DNA of 64,000 bases from Batkoa obscura. Its lineage: Eukaryota. Under the pieces are notes generated by a model. The model ran no database searches. It was given only the letters and a program-made list of their open reading frames with translations, and was not told the DNA's origin. The translations under genes were made by a program, and so were the position numbers. Shown one piece after another: positions 1-12,512 of this stretch (within the stretch, counting starts at the first letter, position 1; each line of letters begins with the position of its first letter). The stretch covers positions 62,001-126,000 of the forward strand of contig JASVEC010000002.1 in the NCBI GenBank assembly GCA_030770535.1, read 5' to 3'.

Positions 1-581
1 TAGTATTATAAAACTCAGTTCAAAAATAATTATTTTTTCAATAAAAGAAACTAACGAGGTTATCTTTAAAGATTAAGAGTAAAAAGGAAATAAACACTAA
101 GCTTGGTTTGTTTTTAAAGGGTGGGTAGTAATTTAATACGATTAAAAGCTTAGAATAGTTTATTTGCGATCCTTTTTTATTTTAAAAAAAATGTAAAAAT
201 ACTAAATTGAATAAAATCAGGAGCAGTCAAAAAAGTCATAGTAATAATAATAAAGTATCATGAAGAATAAAAATAATTTAAAGCTGTTTATTATTTAAAA
301 ATAGATAATTAATAATACAAATGTACTTCATAATAATAAAATGTAATCAAAAGTATATTAATCTTTTTAGAAATAATATAAAACGTTGCATTTACTCACA
401 AATTCCTTACAGTTGCAATTTTGTCTTAGTGTTCTCATGAAAGCCACCTGTTTAACTACTAATCAATTTTTAAATTGAAGTCACTTTCTTCTTACCCATC
501 TTACTTTAACTCATTTCATTTCATTCTAGAATCGGCTGTAGTTAAGATGGCTTTGCTTTTTTTAAATTTTCTGTCAACGTT

Positions 582-679
582 GGGAGATGTATTTTTGTAT
601 TTAAGAATTTTACTGACAATTTTTCTACATAAATAGCGCTTAAAAAATGGAAAAATAATGAAACTAAAAAAACAGTCCC
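582..679 (+). mobile_element. MITE family A copy
   Basis: Matches the ~98-bp consensus GGGGATGTATTTTTGTATTTAAGAATTTTACTAACAATTTTTCYACTCAAATAGCGCTTAAAAAATGGAAAAAGTAATGAAGCCAAAAAAACATCCCC. Confidence 0.85.
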
Positions 680-1609
680 ATTTTTATATTAGCTCATGAA
701 TATATATATTACCTTATCAAAAATTTGCTATAAAAGAAAATTAACAGAAAGTTAACTACAACCAACTCTCTATGATGCTTTCTTAACAACAAGCATTTGA
801 GTTTTGGCTTTTTTATAATATTTAAAAAAAAACAAGTCACTTTTATTAAAAATATTAAGATTGAAGAAATTCAAAATTGTTTTTTATAAATGGTCTAAAA
901 TATTGTTCACATTTATTGTTAAAAACGAAAATGAGTAAATTGATTAAATTTGTTAGATGGACTTCATTAACCTGAGGCTTAATATTTTCCTGATTATAGT
1001 TCTTTACCGAAAAGAAACAGATCAATCTAGCATTAAGGCGCTTGAACATAACTAAGGCTAACAAGGCCTTGTTTTTGAAGAAGGGTTTCTGAGTCTGCTA
1101 AAGGGTCATGTAATTGTTAGGCATCAACATATAGTCTTCTTAGTGTTTATTATATATTCCATTAACTATTTGGTTTGTAAAACCTTTAGTAAATAGGGAT
1201 GTCTTTTATTGCCTTTTCTTATTGTTCTTAAAATTAGAAAAATTAACTAATGCATTCGTTTAAGTTTACATGTGCACGATCAGGTAATAAATTTTATAGC
1301 TAATAATTTACTCTTTATAGTATTTTTGAGGGCTATTAATTTAATTTTTGTTCGAAATAAACAGTTAGCTATCACACATCCAAGCTTGAACAGTATACTA
1401 ATTAATTAATTTCTAATTTTAAAAAATAGTAAAAAGGACAATTGGCAAAAAATATCCCCAAATATTATTTATCATGTTAATAATTAAGAAATCATTTCTG
1501 TTTCTAGACATAATTAAAAGTTCTTAGTAAATACTTTAGACACATAACTTTTAATTTTTATTGTAAGAAAGATAAGTTAGGATAAATGTAGAAAAAATAG
1601 AAGATATTC

Positions 1610-1695
1610 GGGGACACCTTCTTTGGTTTCATTTATTTTTTCATTTCTTAAGCGCTATTAAGTGGAAATAATATCAATAGAATGCTTAAACAAAA
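1610..1695 (-). mobile_element. MITE family A, degenerate copy
   Basis: TTAAGCGCTATTAAGTGGAAA core; eroded ends. Confidence 0.6.
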
Positions 1696-1929
1696 GAGGG
1701 ATACTTATGTGTATTCCTATAAAAATTCGGTGAGTTTCTTTATTTCAAATTAAATTGAAAGTAAAACGATAATGAAATAAAAAACACTCTATAATTGTTT
1801 TTATTTAACTTTCTATTTATTTTATACATATTGTAATATGCAATCTAAATCTAAAGTCTAAAAATATTTCTAAACAATTTTTTGATATTAAATTTATCTG
1901 GATATTCTAACAGGTGTTTGATTTGTTAT

Positions 1930-2027
1930 GGGGATGTTTTTTTGGCTTCATTACTTTTTTCATCCTTTAAGTGCTATTTGAGTGGAAAAATTACTAGTAA
2001 AACTCTTAAACACAAAAATATATCCCC
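1930..2027 (-). mobile_element. MITE family A copy
   Basis: Full-length reverse match, GGGGATG...TATCCCC. Confidence 0.85.
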
Positions 2028-3899
2028 CTTATGTTAGATGGCCAGTATATTTAATTTATTTGATAGTTTTATTTATTTATTTATTTATTTGCTTTATCTT
2101 ATTAATGAAATATTTATCTTTAAGCAATTTATAACGTTAAATGATAAGCAATTAGTAAAGTTGATTGCTTTATTAAATTTAATTATTTAAAATATTAATA
2201 AATATATTTGACTTGTCAATTATTTAAATGGAGAAAAAATAAAAAAAAGTTTGATATTGTAATCTAATAAATTATTATATCGTCATAATGAACATTACCA
2301 TAGGGACATATATCTTTTAATAAAATTATATTAATATTTAAATATTTTTAGAACTAGTAACATTGCTAGAATTTAGTTTCTTAATAAGTAATTGGAACTA
2401 TATCAACTAATTTTTATAATAATAAAAGTGGTTAAAAGTAAATAATTTTATAACATTAAGCATGCTAATTAAAGGCTTGATATTTATTTTGTATTAGTAT
2501 TATTATAAAAATAGTGGTAATAAATTGAAAGCTATGTTAAATAAAGCTTTCAAAGATAAAATCTTAAAATACAATATCAAATTTCATACACAAAATACTG
2601 TAACCATTATTTAGCATACCATTTTATTACTATTTTAAACTATTGAGAGTAATCTTTATCTCCGTATCTTCGAGTTCTAGAATAACAGATTCGCTAACTA
2701 ACTTTTATATCGGGATATAAGGTCCACAAAAACAATTCTGTGATTTATTATAGTCAGAATTTATATCATTATGGTTGGGTATAATTCAATTAAGGTGGTT
2801 GCTAAGGTTATTATTATTTACACAAAATATTTAAAACCTTTTATAAATTATTTCCCGAGAGATCAGTTGTAATTCAAATACGAAAATCTAACCTTATAAA
2901 ATGATTCTTTATTTATAAATTGCTAATAAAGTATAATGAAAATAGTTCTATGTTTATAGTTAACTAATTTTCAAATGCTATAAAACATTGACTTGATTAT
3001 CAACCACCAGTAGTAGTGGGTGTAGGTGAGTTGTATAGTCTAGATTTTAAGAAATTTCTTCTCCCCTGATTATCCGTTTGAGGTTTATTTTCTACTTGGT
3101 TCACTTTGCAACATTTGTAAACTATCATTGGATCCTTTAAGTTTAAGCTCATCAATAAAGATTGGGTATTATTAATTAAGCTAACAGAGTTAATGATTTG
3201 TTTAAGAGTTATTAATGTTACCAAACTTTATATTTGTTTATACACTCGATTTATCATATTTATTATTTGATATCTCTTAATCATATAGTAAATAGTTTCT
3301 CTAATAAAATGAACTTATTGCACTCATTAAGTGGTTATATTAAAAAGATTCAGTATTGTTAAAATGTATTAGCTTACTAATTAAATCACACTTATCTTCA
3401 ATAAATGGTTCATTTTATTTACTTCCTAAAAGTAATTTTAAATAATATGATTAATATATTCATATTCTAAACATGAATAAGATAGGGTTCGTTTATTTTC
3501 ATTTCCTGTTTTGTTTGATACGCTTATTTAAGAATTTTTTTTTTCAAAATGCCATGTGCGCATTCAGTTATAAAATCATTCGTCATTAGCGTTTTTCTGA
3601 GTTTTTCTGAATTGTAAATGTTCTTGGATTTTTTAAAGCTTTGATTTCCCACCTACATCTTATAACTCTTAAGACTTTAATTTCTAATTCTGGTCATGAT
3701 TCTATTCATATCCTAATATTATAATCACCGTATTTCTCAAAAAAGGCTATTGATATTCTAAGCCAATTAATAAAATTTAATATGGAAATGCAGTTAAAAG
3801 CAGATAAGCCAAAAGTATAAATACCCAAGTTGAGTAGATTATTTTAGTCATTGATTATCATCAATTTTATATTAGTTTAAACAAGCGTTATAGTTTAAA

Positions 3900-5402
3900 A
3901 TGGAACCATTTGAGTTTACTTGGATTTTTGTAGTTGGAACTATCATTGCTTTAATTGATGCTTATGGTATCGGTGCTAATGACGTTGCTAACTCATTCGC
4001 TACCTCTGTCTCCTCTGGATCTCTTACCCTTCCACAAGCTTGTATGATTGCCATCTTTACTGAATTTTTAGGTGCTTTTCTTCTCGGTTCCACCACTGCT
4101 GAAACCATCAAAAGCAAAATTATTGATTTAAATCTTTTCGCTGATAAGCCAGAGCTTCTCATGTTTGCTATGTTATGCGCACTTATTGGTTCTGCCTCTT
4201 GGGTATTATTTGCTACTAGAATGGGATGGCCAGTATCAACGACTCATTCAATTGTAGGTGCTATTATTGGTGTTGGTATCTCTGGTTTTGGTTCTAAAGC
4301 CGTTAACTGGGCCTGGAAAGGCGTTGGTCAAATTATTGCATCCTGGTTCATTTCTCCTGCACTTGCTGGTTTAATTGCTGTTGTCGTATTTTTACCAATT
4401 AAATTCTTCATTCTTGGACGTGAAGACTCTTTCAAACGTGGTCTTATTGCCATCCCAATCATTTTCACTTTAACTGCTGTTGTTGATCTTTACTACATTG
4501 TAGAAAAAGGTATCAGAACAAAAAACACCCTTACAGATGGTGCCACTGCTGGTGTCATCATTGGTTGTTCTGTATTTGTTGGTTTATTCTGTGTTTTCTT
4601 CTTCGTTCCATGGATCAAACGTTCGATCAAAAACAAAGAAAACCTTAAAGTATATCATATGTTCGTTATACCATTCCTTAGTGAACGTCCAAAGAGACAA
4701 GAACCTGAAGAAAAGATTTCAGGAGAATTGGATGTTGAGGGTAATGAAATCAAACCTAATCCAAGCTTTGGAAAGAAAGTTTTAAATACTATATTACATG
4801 GTGTACGTAAAGATGTTACTAATTTAAAGAATGAAAAGCTTCATGAAATTCATGACTCAGCTGTCCGCTATGATGATGATACTGAATTCATGTTCTCTTA
4901 TTTACAAGTAATCACTGCGTCTATGGCTTCATTTGCTCATGGCTCAAATGATGTTGCTAATGCTGTAGGTCCTTTCGCCACTATCTATTATATTTGGTCC
5001 GAGGCCAAAGTAGATGTCAGTGGTAAAACTAATGTCCCATATTGGATCCTTGCCGTCGGTGGTTTAGCTATAGATATTGGTCTTGTTACATACGGTTATA
5101 ATATTATGAGATCCCTTGGAAACAAAATTACATACCATTCACCTTCTCGTGGATTCACTATGGAATTAGCTGCTTCTATTTCTGTACTTACCGCATCTGG
5201 ACTTGGATGGCCAGTATCTACTACCCATTGTATTACTGGGTCTACTGCTGCAGTAGGTCTTACTAACGGTAATGCTAAGGCTGTTAACTGGAGAATGTTG
5301 GCATGGTGTATGTTCTCATGGATTTTGACACTTCCAGTTGCAGGATCTCTTGCAGGTTTATTGTTTGCTTTCGGTACTCGTTCCCCATCTTTACTTTCTT
5401 AA
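3900..5402 (+). CDS. PHO89: PiT (PHO4-domain) family sodium/phosphate symporter, Pho89-like; intronless
   Basis: 500-aa ORF with both PiT signatures (GANDVANSFATSV and HGSNDVANA), duplicated GWPVSTTH motifs and many hydrophobic helices; GTATAAATA about 80 bp upstream. Confidence 0.92.
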   Translation: MEPFEFTWIFVVGTIIALIDAYGIGANDVANSFATSVSSGSLTLPQACMIAIFTEFLGAFLLGSTTAETIKSKIIDLNLFADKPELLMFAMLCALIGSASWVLFATRMGWPVSTTHSIVGAIIGVGISGFGSKAVNWAWKGVGQIIASWFISPALAGLIAVVVFLPIKFFILGREDSFKRGLIAIPIIFTLTAVVDLYYIVEKGIRTKNTLTDGATAGVIIGCSVFVGLFCVFFFVPWIKRSIKNKENLKVYHMFVIPFLSERPKRQEPEEKISGELDVEGNEIKPNPSFGKKVLNTILHGVRKDVTNLKNEKLHEIHDSAVRYDDDTEFMFSYLQVITASMASFAHGSNDVANAVGPFATIYYIWSEAKVDVSGKTNVPYWILAVGGLAIDIGLVTYGYNIMRSLGNKITYHSPSRGFTMELAASISVLTASGLGWPVSTTHCITGSTAAVGLTNGNAKAVNWRMLAWCMFSWILTLPVAGSLAGLLFAFGTRSPSLLS

Positions 5403-7129
5403 CCTTATATTTAATTTTATCACATTAATAAATCTTGATAGATTTCTATATTTTACATTGTATTGTTTTTGAATACTTTTCAGGTTTCATCACTTCATAA
5501 ATTTAATGAATTAATTAGGTCTTGATTTTGTATCACCAATAATAAAATATTAAATCAATACGGTTCAATCATTTCAATAACATCTTTAACCACAAACACA
5601 CAATGTCACAACATCTCTCCTTATTCTTGGTTTAGTTATGGTAAGTTTGAATTTAGTGTGATTGTATTTTATAGAAATTCAGCGTGTGCAATATTATGAT
5701 TGCATTTTAACTATAGTGAAATTATAATAGTTGTAGTTGATAATAATAAAAGCTATTTTTTAAAAACCTTAAAAGGATAAAAACTTATAAATGTTTTGTG
5801 TGAAAATAACATGCCAAAATTTCAATATGTAAGGGCGATGGTATATGAACTAACCTATTTTTTATACTTATACGTTGCCATAAAGGTTAATTAGCGCTGA
5901 TTGTATAATTCTGACTAGATTCTACTTCAAACTTTAATCATTTCAATGCTGTTTATGAATATTAATTTTAATAGAATTAGAATGCTTTATAAAATAATTT
6001 ATAAATAAATAGAATTTAAAACAATACATTGAAAATATTAAAATATTCCTTCTTATCGTTTTCTAATATGACTTTACAACATTAACTTCAAACATGCTTT
6101 GGTAGTAATTGGAATAAAATAATATGATTTATAACTAAAATTTTTATTCAACAACCTTGTGTATTGATAAAGTATAACCATGAAACCTTAATTTAGACAA
6201 GTTATGTGATTAATAATTAAATATATAAAATGTTATACTTAGAAATTTTCTAAAGCAAAAAATAATCAGTTTGATATTGAATATTTGAATTCATCCTTTG
6301 ATATATCATGAATAATAAAGTGATCTTTTTTTCTAATCTTGTATAAAAAAATAAACACTATTTAAAAAATTAATCATTCTCTTATAAGTAGAAAATAATT
6401 ATTCATAAAATCAACGCGTAAATTTTTTTATCACAGATCACAAACCATAAAAAATCTCTTTGAGGAATAAGTGTGATATTTTTATTGATTTGAAATTTTC
6501 TCCGTTTAAAAATCGAAAATTATGCTAACGGCATTTCTACTAGAAAAGTAATATAAATCTTTTCATTTCCTTAGCAGCACTATAGTAATTCTTTGACTAG
6601 TTTTACCTTTTTGACCTTTTTAAACATTTTAGTAAGACTTCTATATATATGTTTTTTTTTGATATTATACAGTTTTATCCACGTTGATTTTCTTAATAGT
6701 ACAACTCCCAAATTATGTATAAACTTATGCTTAACTTACAAAGTACAAGGAGTCGTACTTTTAAAAAAATCGGATAGGAGTTGAAACATATTTAACTAAT
6801 ATATGTTCTTGAGTGTGTTACCGCTAAATGCTAAGTATATAAATATAGGAAAGTAATAGTTTTAATATCATTATCAAATATGAAGTTAATAAATTAAATG
6901 ACCAAGTTGTTAATAAATTAAATATAAAGTGGCTGCAATAAAAGACATGGTTAATGATAACTTCATGATAATCACAGTTTAGTAAGTGGAAACAAGGCTG
7001 GTATTGGAATAAAGTATAACTTAAAAAGGATTAAAGTTTTGTTTGTGTTTTGTGTGTGTTTTTCAAAAAATTGCGGTTCATTATCTGTATTGAAAGGCTT
7101 TGTTCAAATGTGGCAACTTAATTATATAT

Positions 7130-7227
7130 GGGGATGTATTTTTGTATTTAAGAATTTTTCTAACAATTTTTCCACTCAAACAGCGCTTAAACGATGGAAA
7201 AAGTAATGAAGCCAAAAAAACATTCCT
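7130..7227 (+). mobile_element. MITE family A copy
   Basis: Full length; ATAT on both flanks. Confidence 0.9.
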
Positions 7228-8141
7228 ATATATTATTTTATTGCGTTTTAGCTATAATCGTATTTAAATTTATTCAACTGCTAGCATTAAACATAAAGTT
7301 TTGACATGCATATCCATTATGTTAATTGATATTAATTTTTATCACTAAAATGGCTATTACTAATGAAAAAGTCCTTATTAAACGACCCCAATAAGGTTAA
7401 CTGTTATTAGTGATCTCTTTTTTAAATTTACTAACTGATAAAAGCTAACAGTTGTTTAAAATTATTTGAAAAAATGCTCAAAATTGTTACAAAAGTATAG
7501 TTATAAAAACGAAAAAATGTCCTAAGTAGATTGCAAAGTTAAAACAATAATTTTAAATGTCTTTTCAAGAATACTTTTACATAAAGCATTCTATCGTGAA
7601 AATAAAAGTAATAATAACTTGTTTTTTTTCCAAAAAAAGGTGTATTCTATCATAATCTCAGTTTTAATTCGAATAAAGTGAAATATACATTATATTTTAT
7701 AACAAATATTAATAATAGAATCTTTTGTATTAAATACTTTGAGTTGCAAACTAGCTTGCATTACAATTATTTAAAATTTCATTAAATCAATTAGCTATAT
7801 ATTATTATGCAAAAGCGATTTGGCATAAACGTTAAAATGCTTATAATTAGTTCTAGAATTATATTTTGTAAATGATAAATATAATTAAATAATGGTTTTA
7901 TAGAAATCTTTATTTAATGTTGTTAAAAAAATTATTTAAATTAGTTATATTAAGGAAATAGAATTATAAAATTATTCAAGTAAAAATATTAGTTTGAAAA
8001 TAGTAGCTTATTATTTACATTATGTGAAAAGCTAAATTTTTTCATAAAATATTAATATTAAAAATATTTACATATATAGTTTAAGATTTGAACTATATAA
8101 ATTTACAAAAAATCGCTTATCAAAAGCCATCGAATATTTGT

Positions 8142-9141
8142 CTAAAGACTATAGCGAGATTGGGTATTAGGTTGGGTATTAGATGAATATTGATCTCGAG
8201 GTTGATTATAACTCTGCTCAGGAGCTTGAAAAGGTTGCAACTTGTATTGAGGTTCTTGAGCATTTGGATGTAAATTGGTATAGATTGGATCAAATTTATC
8301 TCTACGCTCTTCTAGCCGCTTTTCCAACTCTTTAATTCGCTCCTCATAATCTTTTACTGTGGTATTAAGATATGTATAAGATTCATAAAGATTTTTATAT
8401 CTATCCTCTGCTTCAAACCTTCTCTGATAAGATTCGCGAACTCTTTCTACTTCATTATGACTGGCTTTGTTAAGATTTAATCTTACCAACTCTTCCCTTA
8501 AATGGTTTAGTTCATCTCTATCCTGTTGTCTAGACCGCTCTAGGCTATCTGCATGTGATTTAAGCCCTGAATTAGATTCTTTCAATGAATTAAGTTCATT
8601 TCCCATATTGTTAATAGTTTGTGTAAGATCAAGTAGTTGTCTCTCAAGGAATTGGTTCCTTTGTTGCATTTCAATTTCTCGGTTTCTTCTTCTAGTACGT
8701 GACTTTGCTGAAGCAGTTGCATTTCGGCGTCTTCTTTCTAATACTTTAGGGTCCATATTCGGATCACTAGTGACCATATTCTCCCCTGGGTTTGGCGACG
8801 ATAAGCTAGTAGGACCGCTTTTCTGATACCCTTGAGGTTGTTTCTAATATAAAGAAGCTTTTAATGATAGAAATAATTTATTATAAAGTTTTACTTACGG
8901 GAGCATTATATTGTTGAGAATAAATAGGGCGACGGGTAATATCTAAATATCCGGGATAAGCGGGGTATTGATGTTGAAAAAGATTCCTATCTTGAGTTAA
9001 AGCTGATATACTAGGAATTGCGGCTTGTCCAAAGCTACCTTGCGAAGTATGTTCCTGTCCAGATGAAGAAGAGTTTCCATATTGCTCTGGTAATATTGGG
9101 GGAAGTCTGATCCTTTCTGGATTCCGTCTATCATCATCCAT
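8142..9141 (-). CDS. bZIP transcription factor (exons 9141-8899 and 8843-8142)
   Basis: GTAAGT donor at 8898 and AG acceptor at 8845-8844 join the two ORFs in frame; basic region RRRRNATASAKSRTRRR followed by a heptad coiled coil. Confidence 0.85.
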
Positions 9142-10550
9142 AACTAACTGAGTAATATTTTGATGTCCCTTTTTAAAATAAGTTAAATTATTTAGATGAT
9201 AAGTATGCTATAAATTAAGCGAAGTGATGGAATGACGTGATAAGGTAAATTTTGAAAATGAGATAATAATTAAAGGAGTGTTCATTCAATAACTAATTTT
9301 TTTGTTTTTGTTAGGGATGAAATAGTTGGATCACCATCTTTTAATTGGTGGTTATGTCAGTTGCACAATGTGCTTGGGTTGAAACATCACTTTTTTTACT
9401 CAATCAACAGACTAAGTTAAAGCAAAAAGCATAGAGAAGTACCATATTTGGAAATTCCTTTACTTTTTATCAATAGGTGATTATTGATAAATTGCTTTAA
9501 ATTGAAATTTATGTGTATTGTGATTGTGATGTTAGTTTAGTATTTCATTGTTTGATTTTAATTAAAAGCAAAATGCGGTGATATAACATGAGGAAATACC
9601 TTGTATTATGTCAATTTCTTCTAAACTATAAGTATATCCTCTTAATATGTAATGTAATGATTTACAATGAGATTTAAATAACAAGCTTCTATTATATGAT
9701 TTTTTATTAGTAATGGTGTACCTAGATTTAATCCATCCATAAACAAGTTACTTAAAATTATAAAATTATTTAATACTTTCCCATATGAATGACATCTAAC
9801 GACATCATATGGTTTTATCCTTTTTTAAAATTATTTAATTTATTAAAAATTAAATAAAATTCGTATTATTTTACTTATAGTATACTTTGAAAGTTAAAAA
9901 AAACAATTATTATACGAATAACAAGTGAGTTTTTTATTTAGATATCTTACATAACTAACTTTGGTTATTTAAAATATGTTAAATAATTTAAGTAAACCGG
10001 AAATTAATCTAGTTAACCCTTATAATGATTTGAAAAAATTCAACCCACTTTATTTAATTAATGACGTGATTCGATCATTTCACTCCTTATTATTTTGTTT
10101 AAAAACCCAACTTTAGCGTTTTTTTATTTTTATAAGAAGATCAAAAATGAACAATAAATCACAATGTATTACATTTTTAATCTATTTTTATATTCAATTA
10201 GACTACTTGTAACATTCTTTATAAATAATATGGTCATCACCTTTATTTGTGGTCTTCATTAATAATTTTTTCACTTAATAGTGCTTAAAAATCGACAAAT
10301 AAAACTAATTGCAGCCTATTTTATACAATTCGTAAATGGTCATCACTTTAAAGTAATTTTTGGTTATCGTATAATTAAATATGATAAGATATTTAGATTT
10401 AGGGATGTCTATTTTAGAAATGTTTGAAGGAATAAAGCTTCTAAATGTTTTACTGCTGAGTCCTAGTTTTTTAAATGAAGGTCTGGATGATGAAGGAAGG
10501 CGCTTTTAAGCAGAAAAAGAAGGTCCTAAGGTAAGTGGATTTGAGTAAGT

Positions 10551-10638
10551 CTTTTTTGGTTTCATTTATTTGTCAATTTTTTAAGCGTTATTGAGTCGAA
10601 AAATCAGTAAAATTCTAAATAAAATCAACTATATTCTC
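10551..10638 (-). mobile_element. MITE family A, degenerate copy
   Basis: TTTTTGGTTTCATT...TTAAGCGTTATTGAGT...AGTAAAATTCT. Confidence 0.6.
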
Positions 10639-10791
10639 TTTGTTTATATTTATTAATTGCTTTTTATACAAGGGGATAAAGGAATAGTATTCAAATACTA
10701 AAGTGTAAGGCATTTGTATTTACTTATAAAGATTAAATTCAAAATTTGTTGTGGTATAGTTTTATAATCTTTTTATTTATAATTTTGATAT

Positions 10792-10887
10792 GGGAATATA
10801 TTTTCTGTTTATGAATTTTACTAACAATTATTCTACTCAAATAGCACTTGAAAAATAGAGAAAGTGATGAAATCAAAAAAAACACTC
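10792..10887 (+). mobile_element. MITE family A copy
   Basis: Near full-length match to the consensus. Confidence 0.8.
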
Positions 10888-11147
10888 AGATGTGTTATTT
10901 ACTAAACTGTAATGGTAGTCTTTCAAACAAGGTGAATCCTATAATTATTTTATCATACATATTGAAATTCAATTAATCAATATTGTTCTCTATTTTGCAA
11001 TTATTTTATTTTCTACGCAAATTATTAGTGGTAGTTCTCTTATAATAAAAAATCAAAGTTCATAACACAAAGTTTAAATAAATTACCAAATTAATGATAA
11101 TAACTTTATTTACATTAATAAACATCCAAAAAAAATACTTTTATAAC

Positions 11148-12512
11148 TTATTTACGTATCATATTACCGTGATCGAAGGTAAGATCATGATCAAACGTAG
11201 TATCTAAACTATTGAATTTAAATAAATGGTTTTGAGACAATGACGGGTTTCTAACAATAGCTAATGCATCAGGATTAGTAGAGCCCATAGGATAGGTATT
11301 AACAAAAAGAGGCTCAGTAATAATACTGATTTTTCCCATCTTTACTTTACTAAGTTGCTTTTGTTTATGTTTTTTATAGTAATAATAAGTAATTAAACCT
11401 ATTATGACTAATAATATAACTCCACCTATAGAAAATCCTAAAATCCAAGGTAAAGAGTTACTTTCTCCTTTAGGTTGGTATGTATTGACTAATTTAAGCT
11501 GGTTTACATGAATTAATTGAGTGCTATTTGTAAAATTAGATGAATAACCTAATGAATAAATTAAATAATCATTGTATTTAACTAAACATGGTTTATAGCT
11601 AGGTTTGAAATTTTCTAATTCCAATCTATACCATTTATATTCCTCTATATTTAGTAAATAACTATCGTCTACTTCTGTAAAGTTACTTCTTCCTGTTGAA
11701 AATGCGCCTCCTAACATGATATAATGAGTCTGATTTAGATTAACAATTTGATGTCCAACTCTTCCTTTTGGTATATCTCCACTTAATTTGACTTCGTTTA
11801 ATTGACGTTGGTTGAAATTATAGACATAGGCAGTATCCATAGGTACTTTTTCATTATTTGGGTAAAATTGACCACCAACAGAAATGATATTATCGTTATT
11901 GACAAATGATGCAAAGTCAATAATAGGAGGAAAAGATTTCAATGTGTCGATATTCCATGTATTCAAATTAGTATTCCATCGAGTAATCAACTTGTTAGCT
12001 GAGTTATTTCTCGTTGGGGAATCAATAAACCCTCCTAATAGAATAGCTTCATTTGCATTGATTTGAACTAAATTTGATAAATACTCAGTAAATTTTAAGT
12101 TAGACTGTATATCTTTAGAATTATAATAATTGGATATAATATCTGCCTGACTATTCTTTTCATCGGTTAACCATTGATTTAAAGAGATATCAAATGTTTT
12201 AACGGACTCTATTCCAGGAGTATATAATCCACCACGTACATAAATTAAGCTATCTTTGGTAAACAAATTTGGATATACAATTGAAGGCGCTAATTGATCA
12301 ATATTTTTGAACTTCCACGGTACTGAGTTTATACTAAATTGACTATTTAAATTTAAATTATAAACAATTCGATTAAACCCTGAATCTGGCCATTTTTTAA
12401 CTCCGCCTAAATAGTATAAGTTGTTATCAACTATTTCACAGTTACCTCCATACATGGGCACCAGTATCTGTTGACAGTAATAACTTATTATAAATAAATA
12501 AAATAAAATCAT
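11148..12512 (-). CDS. Type I membrane protein with extracellular Kelch/galactose-oxidase-like beta-propeller
   Basis: Signal-like start MILFYLFIISYYC at ATG 12512; repeated hydrophobic-GG Kelch motifs (LYYLGG, IYVRGG, AILLGG, IISVGG, YIMLGG); a single TM helix followed by KKHKQK. Confidence 0.8.
   Translation of the reverse strand: MILFYLFIISYYCQQILVPMYGGNCEIVDNNLYYLGGVKKWPDSGFNRIVYNLNLNSQFSINSVPWKFKNIDQLAPSIVYPNLFTKDSLIYVRGGLYTPGIESVKTFDISLNQWLTDEKNSQADIISNYYNSKDIQSNLKFTEYLSNLVQINANEAILLGGFIDSPTRNNSANKLITRWNTNLNTWNIDTLKSFPPIIDFASFVNNDNIISVGGQFYPNNEKVPMDTAYVYNFNQRQLNEVKLSGDIPKGRVGHQIVNLNQTHYIMLGGAFSTGRSNFTEVDDSYLLNIEEYKWYRLELENFKPSYKPCLVKYNDYLIYSLGYSSNFTNSTQLIHVNQLKLVNTYQPKGESNSLPWILGFSIGGVILLVIIGLITYYYYKKHKQKQLSKVKMGKISIITEPLFVNTYPMGSTNPDALAIVRNPSLSQNHLFKFNSLDTTFDHDLTFDHGNMIRK

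Noticed and set aside
3962..4785. ORFs 3962-4162 (-) and 4537-4785 (+)
   Set aside because: Antisense or alternate-frame shadows of the phosphate transporter
8467..8826. 119-aa plus-strand ORF; likewise 11884, 22221, 22710, 22722, 29761, 29816, 34560, 39902 and 60527
   Set aside because: Shadow frames of real genes, mostly produced by low-complexity AAT/CAA codon runs
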